Shown: positions 35,701 to 58,950 of the stretch, piece by piece
Layout of the letters: each line of letters starts with the position of its first letter
Numbering within the stretch: the stretch's first letter is position 1
DNA from: Pocillopora damicornis
Lineage: Eukaryota
DNA length: 64,000 nucleotides
Reading direction: 5' to 3'
Assembly (NCBI RefSeq): GCF_003704095.1
Contig: NW_020843739.1
Span: 186,001 to 250,000, forward strand
Position numbers and translations under genes: made by a program
Notes under the pieces: model-generated
What the model saw: the letters and a program-made list of their open reading frames with translations, nothing else
Database searches by the model: none
What the model was told of the DNA's origin: nothing

Positions 35701-38700
35701 ACCAAATTGGAAATTTTTCTGTGACGACGTTAAGATAAAACGTAACAAATGTAAAAAAATTGAAGTCAGTTCTGTCTAGCTGACTGATTCTAATCACTAG
35801 AAATAGCCGCAAAGCAATGAAATGCGTTCAACATCACACATTGACCGTTTTTACCACTCAGCAGTACATGTAGACAAAGATAACTCATAGATCGAGAGGC
35901 AGTGTAAATTCTTTCAACGCAAGGAATGAAAAAAAACATGGCATGTACAATCGTTGATGTTTTTGAAACGCACATTTTCGTTAAAGCCACAACTACCAGC
36001 GTTTTTCTTGCGTATGATTCTCATTTCCCTGGCCCTTGTTACTTCTTCTCTTCTTTACATCCATTATTAATAAATAATTATTATTAATAAACTACTCGAA
36101 AGAGACTACGCCATCATCGCAACACGGTTTAGAGAAGATTTCTAAAGATGAATCAGCTTGCCTTTTTGAAAAACTCAGCTAATTGAGTTGGCGGATAAAA
36201 TGCCCAATTAACACTTCACTAATGAACCAGCAATAAATAATGAATCACATTATCCTTGGTGGGAAATACAAATACATGTGGTCTCTATTTTGAACAGAAG
36301 GATTCTCGACAATGTTATATAACTAAATTAAAGAAAACTGAAACACGCGTAAAGGGGGCAAGTAGAATGGCTCAGCCAATTCTTGTTACAATGTGTACCA
36401 AAACATTCGTCTGACAACACATACTAGCTGTGAATTTATGCGCCAAAGTATCGCTGTCGCTGAGTTTTGCCCTTTTAATATCTCCCCTAAGTAAAGAGTA
36501 AATAAATCCTGCTTTGCACGATCTCAAGCTAGCCTTGCTTAGCTTTTCATCATGACGTAAACTTTCTTTTCCTCTCAATGGATAGAAGCAGATAGTCACG
36601 CATTGGATACCAATCGTCGGTGAGGAAGTGATAAGTGCAGATCAAATACATTACCCCTTTAATCAACTTTACCACATGCAGGGTTCACTTCAAAGACTTG
36701 CGCGAACGTCCATCGCCTTTTGATTAATTACAAAAGTTAAGGCAAGGTCTCGATGGCTTCAAGTTCGCACGGGTTCGAACACCACTTTGAAACTTTTTTT
36801 TACCACCCGTGGATAAGTCAACAACAAAACAAATACAGTGCTCTGTTGAACAACTGCCGTTACCTCGTGCAGGTTGTATCTTAGATAATTGCGCAAACAC
36901 TAATCACGTTTCGATAAAACTTTACCCGAGTCGATTGAGATGGTTTCAACTTCATACGGGTTGTACACTGCTGTGCCTCTTTTTTTTAATACCCGAGGAT
37001 TAACTAACAAACAGAACGATCTTGAGCATTTCTTGCTGTTGAACATCACATTCCAAACACATTTTAGGAAGATTATACTTGAGAAGCATTCTTAAAAGAT
37101 AGATACATCATTACGTCTGTTTACCTCCTACAAGGGACTTGATCTGTGATGTTAGCGACCAGTACTTTCTTCAACTGAACTTTTTCAAAGATGGTTTATC
37201 CTGCTGTATTTTGAGAGCAAAGTGAGACACCTGCCTTAAAATTCTAAGATTTTCATCAACCGAGGGGTGTTGTAATAAAGATAAGGTAACGGTTCAGCAT
37301 TTTGTGTGTTTTGGGATAGATCTTTTATAAAACAAAGAAAGATGAAACCAGCTGATAACAAAATCTGATGATGCCGTAGACATCGTGCTGTGATGAATGA
37401 AATAAGTGTCATTACTTTCTGCCTGGATTTTCTTGATAATTTTGCTGTGTCTTGTCATCTCTTTTGCAGAGCACTTCTGCGTATGATAATGGCATGTCAG
37501 AGTTAGGCATTTATCAACGTACAACAAGGTTCGACGTGATTAGAGCAACCAAGCATAGCGTTTATATTTATTCATTCCAATCTTTTTAAATCATCCTGAG
37601 TTATTAGCGTGGAACTTTCAGAATGAACTAATTTTCAGTCCATGAATAATATCTTCTTCCAAACTGAAGGTGTCTTCGAAAAAGAATCCCTTTTTATGGC
37701 AAAATTTTTGAAACGTGCATGTGCCATTATCGAGAAACTCAAGATGATTCAGAAATTATCAAGCCTAAAACTTGGACTGAAATGATAGGAACGAATAGGC
37801 CCAGTAACAAAGCATACACTATTTCAATAATATGATTTGTGAAGGGTATCCTATCATTTGGCTCTACTAGTATCTTGAGTTAGCTTTTTTTTTTGCATGT
37901 GTTCAACAATTGATATTTTACTGAGTGCAGATTACAGGACAAAACGTTATGAGAATAATTTTTCCACTGCGTGCATGTGATCCCATGTTGACTTTTGAAG
38001 CAAAAGTCACGAGATACTTTTTCTCTCAGTATATAGTGGAGGAGAATACAGTAAGTGAGACTACATTACTTCGGCTCACTGAAAGGAAGAAATGGAAATA
38101 TTCAACAAATCCCTCATTGACAGATTTGAAAATGATGTCGATTTATCATTTCTAATGATGATTTTTACTGTCAATTTCGGCAGCTGGCTGCACAAAGCCA
38201 CGAAAGTCTCAATGATGTGATCCTCCTTTCGGATTTTAGGCGATAAAATTTTAGTCAGGGGTTGATAACGGGCCAGCGTGTGTAATCGTGACTTCAACTG
38301 ATCAACTCAGGTGGCTGTCCTAGGCCCCCTCAGACTTTCGACGACCTGTTCTTATGATCTCATTACGATTATTATCTACATTAAATTGACCCTGCAACCC
38401 ACTTGATCAAGAGATACAGTATCCTATGAAAGATTTGACACCCATAAATTGTGGACTGCACACTTAAAATCATCAAGAGACCAAAGTTTATCTCAGTGGA
38501 ACAAAGCAACAAGCTTTAGGCTTAAGTTTCTTCAGAAAACGTTTGAGCCACTTTGGTCAAAGAGAGTTATCACTAGACTGATAATTCATTTTCATACGCG
38601 AGTGAATCTTAATATTACTTATGAATCATTATTAAAGAATAAACTCGAGAAACTTTGAGATGCTTTGTCCGGCAAATGCATGAGCTAAACTACGTTAGGA

Positions 38701-41700
38701 TTCAATTATGCTTCAATGCAATTCCTCTAATGACGGTAACTTAGCTAACGATCGAAGCTCCTGTTCACTACCGAATAAAATCACCTTTAATCAATGCAAC
38801 TAAGATTAGTTGGAAGAATTTGTAAAAGCACCCAAAAGAGAGATATGATATGATGCGGAGGTCAATATTCCTTTATTTACCTTCACTGCTAGGTAGTTTG
38901 ATTTATCTCGCCCGTCTGATTTTTTCCCTTCGATTTAAATCTGACATTGGAGGCCGGTTATTAACTCAAACAGAAAGCTCTGCCTCCCAATGCCACGAAG
39001 TAGAATGACACGACATTGATTAAAAACAAAATTCCTGAATTTGATACGGTAGACTCATCACATTTTGACAAAATTTGTCAGCCTTGTGCAGATAACGCCA
39101 AATTAGACAAATTTGGGGGAAGCCATGTGAGAGCAACAAGCAATCTGAAAATTGACCTGTGATCCTTAAATTTTCTCGATCAGATTTGACCAAAAATCTG
39201 GATGTCTAAGTTACATTTGCAAATTTGAATCGGGAATATAAAGTGTCTTTTACTGAGAAATAAGAAGAATTTAGTTATATATAAATAGGTCTTATCTTAA
39301 AGATGTTTCCGAATTTAATGAACTGAGGTTATATTCTCCTCAAGCTAAAATTTGTTTGTGTGTCAGTGATGAGGCAATAATCCAATATTACTGACAGGAC
39401 ATCAATCAACCTCTCCGCACCTGTATTCCATGTCAGTGGATCTCATGTTCCACTTCGTTACTTTCGGGAAAGGCAGTGATTTTAAAGACTTCAAGGTGGC
39501 CTTCATCGATATTTACCGCGCACGAGGTCAAATATCGTGTTATTTGCCCGTTTCATAAATGCACGCTTTTCGTTCGCAAATTGAGTGTCCAGTAGTGTAA
39601 GAAGACAGATACAAAGAGCGCATCAATTCAGTTTATTGTCGGAAAAATTGTTAACGTGAATGCAAGCAGATATTTTGATATTTTGCAGATATTTTGTTTT
39701 GTTTTTGAAAAGAACGTAGTAGAATGCTCTTCGTTAGTATCTTTTTGTCTTTGCCTAATTTAGTTCAAGAAGAAAAGATAACAAAAATCCTATCAGTTAT
39801 CACGATCATCTTGTCTCACACAGAGTTTTTCTTTTTTAATTTTGATGTATCAATGGTGAGGTTTAAAAGTCTGGCGCCCTAACTTAGATTTTAAACTCCT
39901 TGTCAGAAAAAATTGCGGTTAAATTTTTTTAAGAATGTGTAGACTGTGAAAAGGTATGTTAGATCAAAGTTTCCGATTCCAGTCCAATCCTGATAGCCTC
40001 TGTCTCGGGCACTGTGTTCAAAGCAAAGCTCTGTGCACATTTGTTTTTACATTCGGAAATTAAAGGCATATGACTCAACTGTGAGTCCACAAAGTACGAA
40101 AAGAAAAAAAAGGGCGACGATTGCGACGGCAATGAAATCCACCAAAATTTCTCTTGCACATTCTGTTTACAAGGATCTCAATCAGAACCTGGAGTGTCCC
40201 TAGAAACTTACAGAAGCCCTCCCTCCCCTGCCTGTAACTATTTTGTTCAAGGGATTCTACACCCCCCTCACCTCCCGAGTCTCCTTATATCTACTAGGCA
40301 GTGAACTGTGCACAGGAGAAGGAACTGTAGTTTGAAGATATTTGCGTTAGCAAACAATAATCGGTTCAAAGCCCACTTACAAGAGATTACAAATTCTCAA
40401 TTTAACTCACATAAACAGTTCAGCCACAGAGGATTTGTTGATGGGAGTCAAAGAGATTTTTTACCGGAATTATGCTGTGTTTTGCGCTGCATGTGCAATA
40501 TTTTGAATGTTAAACTCAAATGCATATTTGAAATGCGCTGAAATGGCAACTTTATGTTCTTGAACAAAACTCACAATGTTCTATCATAGGCAAAGATGAA
40601 AAATCAGAGAGCAACCTTATCATTTTAGAACAAACAGCGACAAAAAACATGGGTGCCTTAGAGGCTAGGCTGATTAAATATTTTTGCCATGAACATGCAA
40701 TCATTATAGAGAGGAGGTGTACAAGTGTAAGCAGGAGATGCCGTTTATTTGATCGCTTTGTGCGATTCGGAACAAGTGCGCCGACGGTGTTACTAGTCGT
40801 TAAGTTTTCCTGCTTTGTCATGGATAATCAGTCATTCGCTTTCATGCACCGAACATGGTACATGAAACAAAAATGTGATTTTAAAAGTAAATTTTATAGA
40901 ACTTCTCTTCAAACCTCTAAATGTATATTGGTCAATGTTCAAACCAAGTATTAAATTCAAAAGACGAACACCAACCTCATTTTCCCGTCCATCGCCGCAA
41001 AAAAAAAAATATTTACCCAACGGATTTCCCGACGACATTAACTGCAGACACCTCAAGATCGTTGTTTTGTTTTCTAAAATTAACCGTAATGATTCCTAAC
41101 CTGAGAAATCTAATACTCGTGACCTATCATTTTGAAAAATGTTGAATTGCTCGCCCTCTTTCATTTAAAAACTGACGATAGACATTTCCTTAAATAATTG
41201 ACTATTGTTAGTAAAGATGCAAATTACACCCTTTCCTAAGACGTCCTACAAAGGAATTTTTACGGGTTGGATTTGGCTGCTATCGCGATGAAAGGTGTTA
41301 ATGCTTGAGTCATGCAGTTTTGATTTAAGACAAAATCAAAATCATTAATTCGAAAGTTTACTTGAGAGTCAAGAATCCAAACATTTTTAATGATATCCTC
41401 TTTACCTATGACGGTACGCCATTCTCTTATCTCGGATTTTTCCATAGGCGAAGGAGGGGGAGGGCGGGTTTATATTTGCGTATTTTGTCGCACTTTGCGT
41501 GAAATGGCTGATGCTCCTCCCATGTGTCTAAGCAGGCTCGTATACATTGTTAATTGCGTTATGTCATGGAGATTCTTACTGGGCTTGTGCAAAAATATAT
41601 CAAGGATTTTTCAGTTGAACGTTAAAGAATACTCTTAAAAGGTTTGGTTACAGCACTCCCGGTATCCCCTATATATCCCCAAACCTTTTTAAGAAGAAAT

Positions 41701-42217
41701 AGTTCGTCTTTGGTAGAACTCCTTTCGCATCCAACAGTTCGAAGACAAAACAGGTTTAAGCTGCTTTACGGAAAGGACAAAGAGCAACTATTGTAACAAC
41801 TAAGTATTGAAACAAAGTTTTGTTTATTAATTTTTGACTTTTTTGAAAAAGCTAAAACTCCCCCCAAAAACAAAAAAACATAAGGAAATAAGCAGATAAA
41901 CGTATCAAAAATTCAAAATTTGAAAAAGAAAGGGATGAATTTGCAATTCGTAGTGATGGACACAATGAACGCCGTCCCGCGGGCAAAAAGTTATGGAATG
42001 ATTTGCTCTCGAAGTTTCATGACTGGATTCGCTCAATAAAAAATTGTTTAATTAAGGTTAAAACTTCTTCTGCTCCACCGTGAGCATAGCCAAGACTTAT
42101 CATTCATCCGTACTTTTTTTCTCCTTTTAAAAGTTGATATAGAAAGTAGCACATAACTGAGCTGAAAGAGAACTTTAGAGCTCTTAAGGCTGGAAGTTCT
42201 TCCACCTTTCCCAAAGC

Positions 42218-45200
42218 TCATCCTCTGCTATTGCAGTTACTCGTTGTTAGAAAATCTTGAACCTGATAGACAAACTGGAGAAACTCGGGCAGTTTGGAGG
42301 TGATCATTTCCGGTTCCCAATCTTTACCACTGAGAGCTCGGTCCCACTCTTCTCGGCCAAGGTGGAGATCAGTCTAAAAGCAAGCAAATACGTGAAACGA
42401 CAAAAGCGTATCAAAATATCTTACAACTACTCAAGGAAATTCTTAATTCAAAGTCATCATTGTTAAGCAGAAATGGACACTTCTTGGATTTGAATATGTT
42501 CACTCCCACGATCTAACTAGTAAATCTTCTTACTGTTTGCCATACAATCTTTTGATATTACTTGGAAGAATTAAGTATTGGATCAACTTAAGGTACCCTA
42601 AACTATATTCTGATTTATTTTCATCACTTTTCTCTGCTTGATACTGTACTGATGTTGTGAGGATAAGTTCTCTTGGTCACTCATGGGAGTTAAAGGGTTT
42701 ACTCCCATGAGTGACCAAGACAGAATTTCTCCTCACAAAATCTATACAATATCAAGCAGACAAGTGATGAGAATAAAGAAAATATCAATTAGAGGATNNN
42801 NNNNNNNNNNNNNNNNNNNNNNNNNNNNNNNNNNNNNNNNNNNNNNNNNNNNNNNNNNNNNNNNNNNNNNNNNNNNNNNNNNNNNNNNNNNNNNNNNNNN
42901 NNNNNNNNNNNNNNNNNNNNNNNNNNNNNNNNNNNNNNNNNNNNNNNNNNNNNNNNNNNNNNNNNNNNNNNNNNNNNNNNNNNNNNNNNNNNNNNNNNNN
43001 NNNNNNNNNNNNNNNNNNNNNNNNNNNNNNNNNNNNNNNNNNNNNNNCCCCCCCCCCTTTCAAGCGATGAAGAATGACCGGTCCCTAAGGATGATTACTA
43101 ATGAGACCTTGGGAGTGAAAGGGTTCATGGGAAAAGGGGCCACTTGATGTTCCCGAGGAACAGAAACATCAATGCATTCCGGGCTCTGAGCATTGGCGGT
43201 TTCGACCTTATGGTTTCCTTATGACAATATTGAACATCAAGCAAGGAATATTTCTATAACTGGTTCTTACTGTTTCAGTGTTCTGTTCCCCTCTGACGTC
43301 ACTGCACCAAGTGCTTTCTTCAGAAATTATCAAAGTGAACCCCTCCCGTGGTTCATACAATGTTCGACGGGAGCAGCGCATATGGTTGAATAAAAATCCC
43401 GCCGGTAGCTCTTCTTTAGGCACATGCAATCCATCAGGTATTGTAAATGTTAACTTCCTGGACAGAAAATCAGCTAACACCTTTGTTTGCACCTCTTCAT
43501 CTCCGCTGTTATGTAATTCAATAGCTGAAACTGAAATAGATTTTTTTCAAAAATGAACCGAGATTATGGCACTCCACCGAGAAACTTATTAGTTGAAATT
43601 GGACGGAAGGGGCAGCTTCCGTCCCGTGGCCTTCTTGATCTAACAAATGTTTATTGGGGTTATAAAGAAAAACATAGCGATCATCTGTCGATTTTTCCTC
43701 CGCCAAAAGTTTCTTTAGGTTGTCCTTATTGCGGTCGAGATGAATACAGAGAAAATCCAAATCCAATCCAATCCAAGAAAATTAAACAAACCAGCAAGAG
43801 GACAAAGAAATCAGAAACTCACTTGTTTTAGGTCTTATCATGAGTCTGCAATCGACTTGGCATCCGGGAAAAATTATGTCGGCCTGGAGATATTTTTGCG
43901 ATGGCAGAACCAACCATCCTCGACATCGTGATCTGGTCAATTCATCATCGAAATGAAGTTCTTCCACAACATGTCTGACGTCATTGAATGGAATTGGAAT
44001 TTCTTCTAGTTTTGTTTGCACATCCTGGTTAGCAACCCACACCTAACAGGAGCAAGAAGGGCTGTTAGCATCAAGTGTCTTGACAATTTCAATCTGCAAT
44101 TGTTGATGTGGTTTTATCTGCCTTTGTTATCATCCGCATCCGCGCGTTGTCCAATGACGCCTTACCTGCAAGGTGGACCTTGCCCCAAGTTAAAGCGCCG
44201 TTAAGGTTCAAGCAATCTAAATTGCAAGTTTATTAACGAAGAGCCACAAATAGAAAATGTTTAGAGCAGAAAATTTAATTGCATAACGTACCCGATACAC
44301 CTTCGGATAACTCATTCTTCCAGTCAACTTACCTTACACCTTACTGATCTGCCTTGAGGTGAAATAAAACTTAGATCGTATCTTGACATGTAATCCTTGT
44401 CAGTCTTTGGTGAACCAAACGTCTCCTGTAACGAGTGTTTGCTGACTAGCACACCTCCCTTGAACGCAAGCCGCCAATTCCTCTTCTTGAGCTTGTCAAG
44501 TACCTCCTGAATATCCCATGTTTCTTCAACATCCACTGTTAATATTTAGTTGGTAATTGCTTAAGATCACGTAAAATAAAGAGTTACAGACAACAAAAAG
44601 GCGTGGTAAATTTTTCAAAAATCGGAGCTTGTAACCAATATTTTCCTTTGCTTCACTGATCTTCCCACGAATTTCCTGTAGGCCTGGGTCTTACTCGTTT
44701 CCAATTGTCTCTCTACTTTCGATAACGAGGGAAGCAGGCTTGGGGTGCACGAGGGGAAACGTCCCCTTCGTCGTACTGGTGCTGGTTCGAGCGACCTTGC
44801 GGCCTCTTATGTGACTCAAAAGACGACTGGGGATGAGTGAGGGTCTAAATGAGAAGCTGACCTGCGCGTTAACGGAGGAAAAGGGTCGTTTGGATAAGCA
44901 GTCAGTCGCAAGAGGAATAGTCGATGTATTGCACTCTGCAGGGTTCGTTTTCAACACGTCACGTGTCTCACCATACAGCGACCTGGTTTATCACGTGTGC
45001 GCACTGATCACAGCTGATACCGTCATGAAAATGGGTACTTATAGTAAGTCACTTATTCTGTTTTGTTATTTAGTTCTCACCTTCATCAGGTTCTCGGATG
45101 ATAACGGTCCCAACGTGGCACCACATGTCGGCTTCGTGAAATTTGTTTGACTCTATTCCACGCTTGATCTTTTTTAGACATTCAAGAGCATTTGCTATGA

Positions 45201-47975
45201 GGTCGTTTTGATAGCTTGGAACTGTTTCGCCTCGACTACATGCTCCTCCAAGCTGAAAAGATAGCGATCAACTGGGAAAAATTAATGAAACTCAGAAATT
45301 CAGAATCAACGTCAGTATCTGAGCAAATGCGCTCTTACCGCTCCCTTGACCCATCAACAGTCAACTAGTGACAAGTTAGGGTTAATATTGGATTAGTGGA
45401 GGGGTAGGTACGCAGTTGCTTCGATACTGACTTCGATCCGAAATTAATTTTATGACTGTGGATCACTGAATCAAATATCTCCCGCCATAAGTTATTGCAC
45501 TGTTAGATGACATATTTTTATTGTTAGGCTACTACAGTGTCTGAGTCTTCTTTGGAACTTAATATATTCAGCTCAGTTTCAAAAAGAAGCAAAAAGAATC
45601 GGAAATACACTCTGCAGTACTTCATGCGTGTCCTGACAAAAATACGAACAGAAATACTAACAAACCAATTCGTATTCCTCCGACGGTTTCAGCCGATACT
45701 GTGAATGTGATCCTGGTAACACCATGCGGTCTTCGTCTTCAAGTGGCACGAGCTTTAGTTCACAATCCTTCGGTAGATTCCTGTCGTCAACGTAACAGCA
45801 AATCTTGTCTGTTTTGATCCTCGCTGAGGCCTGTGCATGAAAAAGGGAAGAAAAAAATTGCTTCCAAAACCGTTTGTGCTTTAGTTCCTTAATGTTAGAT
45901 CAGTCATTTGATTTGAAATGCGCGGTGAGGACCAAGCTGAGAAAATAGGGCTACACGAGTTGTATGTTACTACCGTGGAAGTGAAGAGCTTCAGGTGCAA
46001 GCAAGGTTTTTACACACATCTTCTCATAATAAAAGTTCAAGAGCAACAGGAATAACCTTCAACATTTGTTAGCAGGCTATAGAGAATAGAGAACTGAATC
46101 ACAGATTTCTTTGAGACGCGGACGGGAACCGGAAGCCGAAGAACAAAATTTATTCTAGTGCACTTTGACGCCAATGTATTGACTGTTATATCGTCGTTTT
46201 AGTATTAAAAACCAAATTGTGCTGACCAAAAAGGTGTGGCGAGCACGAGCAATGGAAACTTTTAACCTCCTGCTCCCGTCTGCGTCTCAAAACTGATGTT
46301 TGTGCTTAAGCTCCCTATTGTCTTTTATCACTAAGTGTCTTTAATACAGCAAACTCTTAAGTCAACCAAGAAATTATAGTGCTTCCTAGGGGAAGACCGT
46401 CATGCTTTGATTCCATCTACGATACATTCTGGTCGTTGGGCCTGTCTTTCTGTTTGTTGCTTTGCTGATGAACCATATTTGCATAGTTGTTCTGTTACTA
46501 AGGTGTAACAATATCTTATGCGAAATAGATTAATAGGTACATACCACCCTTCCCTTCATCAGTAATTCAGCATGCTTTACTTCTTTCTCTGTTCCTTTCA
46601 GTTCAAAGAGCTTATTTCCTCGAGGAAATACTTGTGCTCCAGTCACTGTGCAAATATTACGAAGATTATCTCCTCCCTTTCCTTTCACATGCTTCTCGAA
46701 TTCACTCGGAATTTTCACAAGTTGTCGGGGATATCCCTTCCTCCCACGTTTAGTTTGGGCTTCCTCCTTTGAAAGAAAATTTTAAAATAGAGCATGTTAC
46801 GTTGGGCCTCGAAGAGTGTATGTGGTAAAACTAAAACTGTTGAGCAAATTACTGTGGGTAGCGATAGAACAAAGTGGCCAAAATAGCCAATGAGATCTCA
46901 ACATGAATACATGAATTTGGCTACAACCCTTGACACTCTTAACATAAGTATGCACATTCACAATACTCTTCTCTATAATTTTCCATTTTTACCGACGGGG
47001 ATAATTTGTTCAACAAGCAAGAGCTTATCCAGTTGGCGATCATTTCCTTTATTCTCTTTACCTCCTGGGTTTGATTCAGGGGTGATAATGGAGGGAGAAA
47101 TAAGATACTAATCACTTCTAAGCGGTTAAGGGGTGGTTTCATATTGAAGGCGGTGATGTTTTACTATGCGAGATAAAAATCTGAATTGAGTTATTCAGAA
47201 CAATAGTCCTCTCTGAGGTAAAATTTCTTATATCATATACTAACCATTCTTTGATAGATGAGTTGTTTTGCGCGTGCGCGTTGCCCCTCATTGCCGCTTA
47301 CTGAAAAGCCTCCCTGATCGCTGTCTGAAGTGATCCTTGATCCTGATTCTGTCTCTATTAACTTTATCGAACTTCCCTTCTTGCCAATCACAAAACCCAT
47401 GAGATCCTTTGGAACTGCCACGAAGTCGCAAGTTTCCCCTGTGATTCTTCCTCGGCGGTTGTCGTTGGTTGCCCCGCACCTACGACATCGACACGTATTT
47501 TTTATTAACATAAGTCAACAAGCTGATGGTGAACAGAGAGAAAAAAATTTTTACAGCTCTTATTTCTGTGACATTTCAATCTCGAGCCCTTTCCTCTATA
47601 GGGGAGAATGGGAGTGAGTGTGGGAGGGGGAGGGGGAAGGGTTTAGTGGAGCCAAGGTAAATAAAAAGACGCTGATTGATATCAGCGAGCCCGCAATATG
47701 TTATGAATATTGGTCGGAGGATTCTTTGATGCAACAGCTGTTACTTAAACATCTCAATGTGAATGTCCGCTGTAACAAAAATGTACTAGCGCAGTTAGAC
47801 GATTGCATTGAAGGCTTATTACGTTTAGAATCAAATGTTATTACATATAGGACTTTGTAACATTTAGAACCAAATGTTATTATATTTAGGACTTTATAAC
47901 ATTTTAGGAAAGTTATAACATTTAGGACTTCAACAAAGTCAAGGTAACTTGCTTGCAGACTTCATCATAACTCAT
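42218..47975 (-). CDS. Uncharacterised ~550-aa protein with two KH domains and an unknown C-terminal domain. Exons 47975-47953(?), 47479-47245, 46766-46545, 45830-45666, 45252-45081, 44535-44333, 44042-43823, 43524-43271, 42373-42218
   Basis: KH1 VAVPKDLMGFVIGKKGSSIKLIETESGSRI; KH2 VKIPSEFEKHVKGKGGDNLRNICTVTGAQV. Eight exons join in phase through GT-AG introns with no stops, ending ...LPEFLQFVYQVQDFLTTSNCNSRG*. First exon tentative (GC donor). Confidence 0.85.
44690..44845. mobile_element. Intronic MITE-like element
   Basis: Imperfect inverted ends ACTCGTTTCCAATTGTC / GACGACTGGGGATGAGT. Confidence 0.5.
45303..45439. mobile_element. Palindromic MITE in an intron of the KH gene
   Basis: GTCAGTATCTGAGCAAATGCG..TACCGCTCC pairs with GGAGGGGTAGGTACGCAGTTGCTTCGATACTGAC. 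Confidence 0.65.
46109..46292. mobile_element. MITE-like inverted repeat
   Basis: TTTGAGACGCGGACGGGAACCGGAAG pairs with CCTCCTGCTCCCGTCTGCGTCTCAAA. Confidence 0.6.
47817..47930. repeat. Minisatellite (~39-bp unit built from ACATTTAGGA-like subunits)
   Basis: acgtttagaatcaaatgttattacatataggactttgtaa / catttagaaccaaatgttattatatttaggactttataa / ... Confidence 0.75.
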
Positions 47976-48792
47976 CTCTTTGCAGAAATAGCAGAGGTCC
48001 ACACGCAGGCTTAGAGAAGGGGAAGGAGAAGGGGTGGTATGGGGCGCGGGCAGACATTGAATCATTACCGTCAAAGGTATAAACTGCCGCTCAGATGTTC
48101 TTTGTACGCTCTGGTTACGAAGCGATCGATCGGCTTTCGACCTCCTCGATGTAAAGGCTAAAATATTCCGAAAAATGAAAGTACCAACACCAACGGATTC
48201 AAAGCAATAAAAGTACTTGAAATTTAGGAAATGCGAGGTTACAACACCGTGCTCATCAGCTGCGATTACTAGCCACCGATATGAGCTCGAAGAACCTTCA
48301 AATACTTCCCTTTGAGTCCATAAATTCCTTTTCAACACTGACTCCAGACAGTTACCCAGGCCACGATATATCATATCATACCTTTTTTTCCTTGCATCTG
48401 ATCTCCTTTGAGCGTAACCACTACATTCCATTTAGCTGGATTGTTTTCCTGTTTAAAAGCAAACTGGTAGGGAAAAAAATATTCACAACTGCTAAACCGG
48501 AAGTTCTTCCGTGTTTTCCTAAATTCTCGTCACCAGTTTCCTTGCAATAATTTTCGAGGCAGCACTGGGATTTTGGTAATACTTATGAGTTAGATTATTT
48601 TGCCTGCTTTCAGTTGACGATTGCTAATCCATAAAGCGATTGAAATTTTGCCTTGTAAGAATTTTTACGAAAGAGACCGAGCTTTATTTTAAGACTGTGA
48701 GACCGACAACAGCCGAGCGATACCGAAGACAACCGACAGTTTGGGGAGTCCGACGAGAAGTGCAGGGGTTGGAGCCGGTGCGAAAAAGCAAA

Positions 48793-48800
<8 letters not shown>
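47976..48800. promoter_or_regulatory. Putative bidirectional promoter between the KH gene and TNPO1
   Basis: About 0.8 kb between divergent start codons; CpG retained; paired inverted ETS-like sites CCGGAAGTTCTTCCG at ~48497-48511; YY1-like AAAATGGCG overlapping the TNPO1 ATG. Confidence 0.55.
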
Positions 48801-58929
<10,129 letters not shown>

Positions 58930-58950
58930 GGAGATGCTGCGGCAGTCAGG

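Noticed and set aside
43518-43831. ORFs 43518-43766 (-) and 43553-43831 (+) as extra exons or genes
   Set aside because: The flanking KH-gene exons join in phase without them; no recognisable motifs.
44691-45150. ORFs 44691-44957 (-) and 44833-45150 (+)
   Set aside because: They overlap an intronic MITE, and the candidate acceptor gives an early stop in the required phase.
47922-48431. 169-aa - strand ORF as a standalone gene
   Set aside because: No domain features; it spans the promoter/5'UTR, and only its last codons (MSYDEVCK) are plausibly coding.
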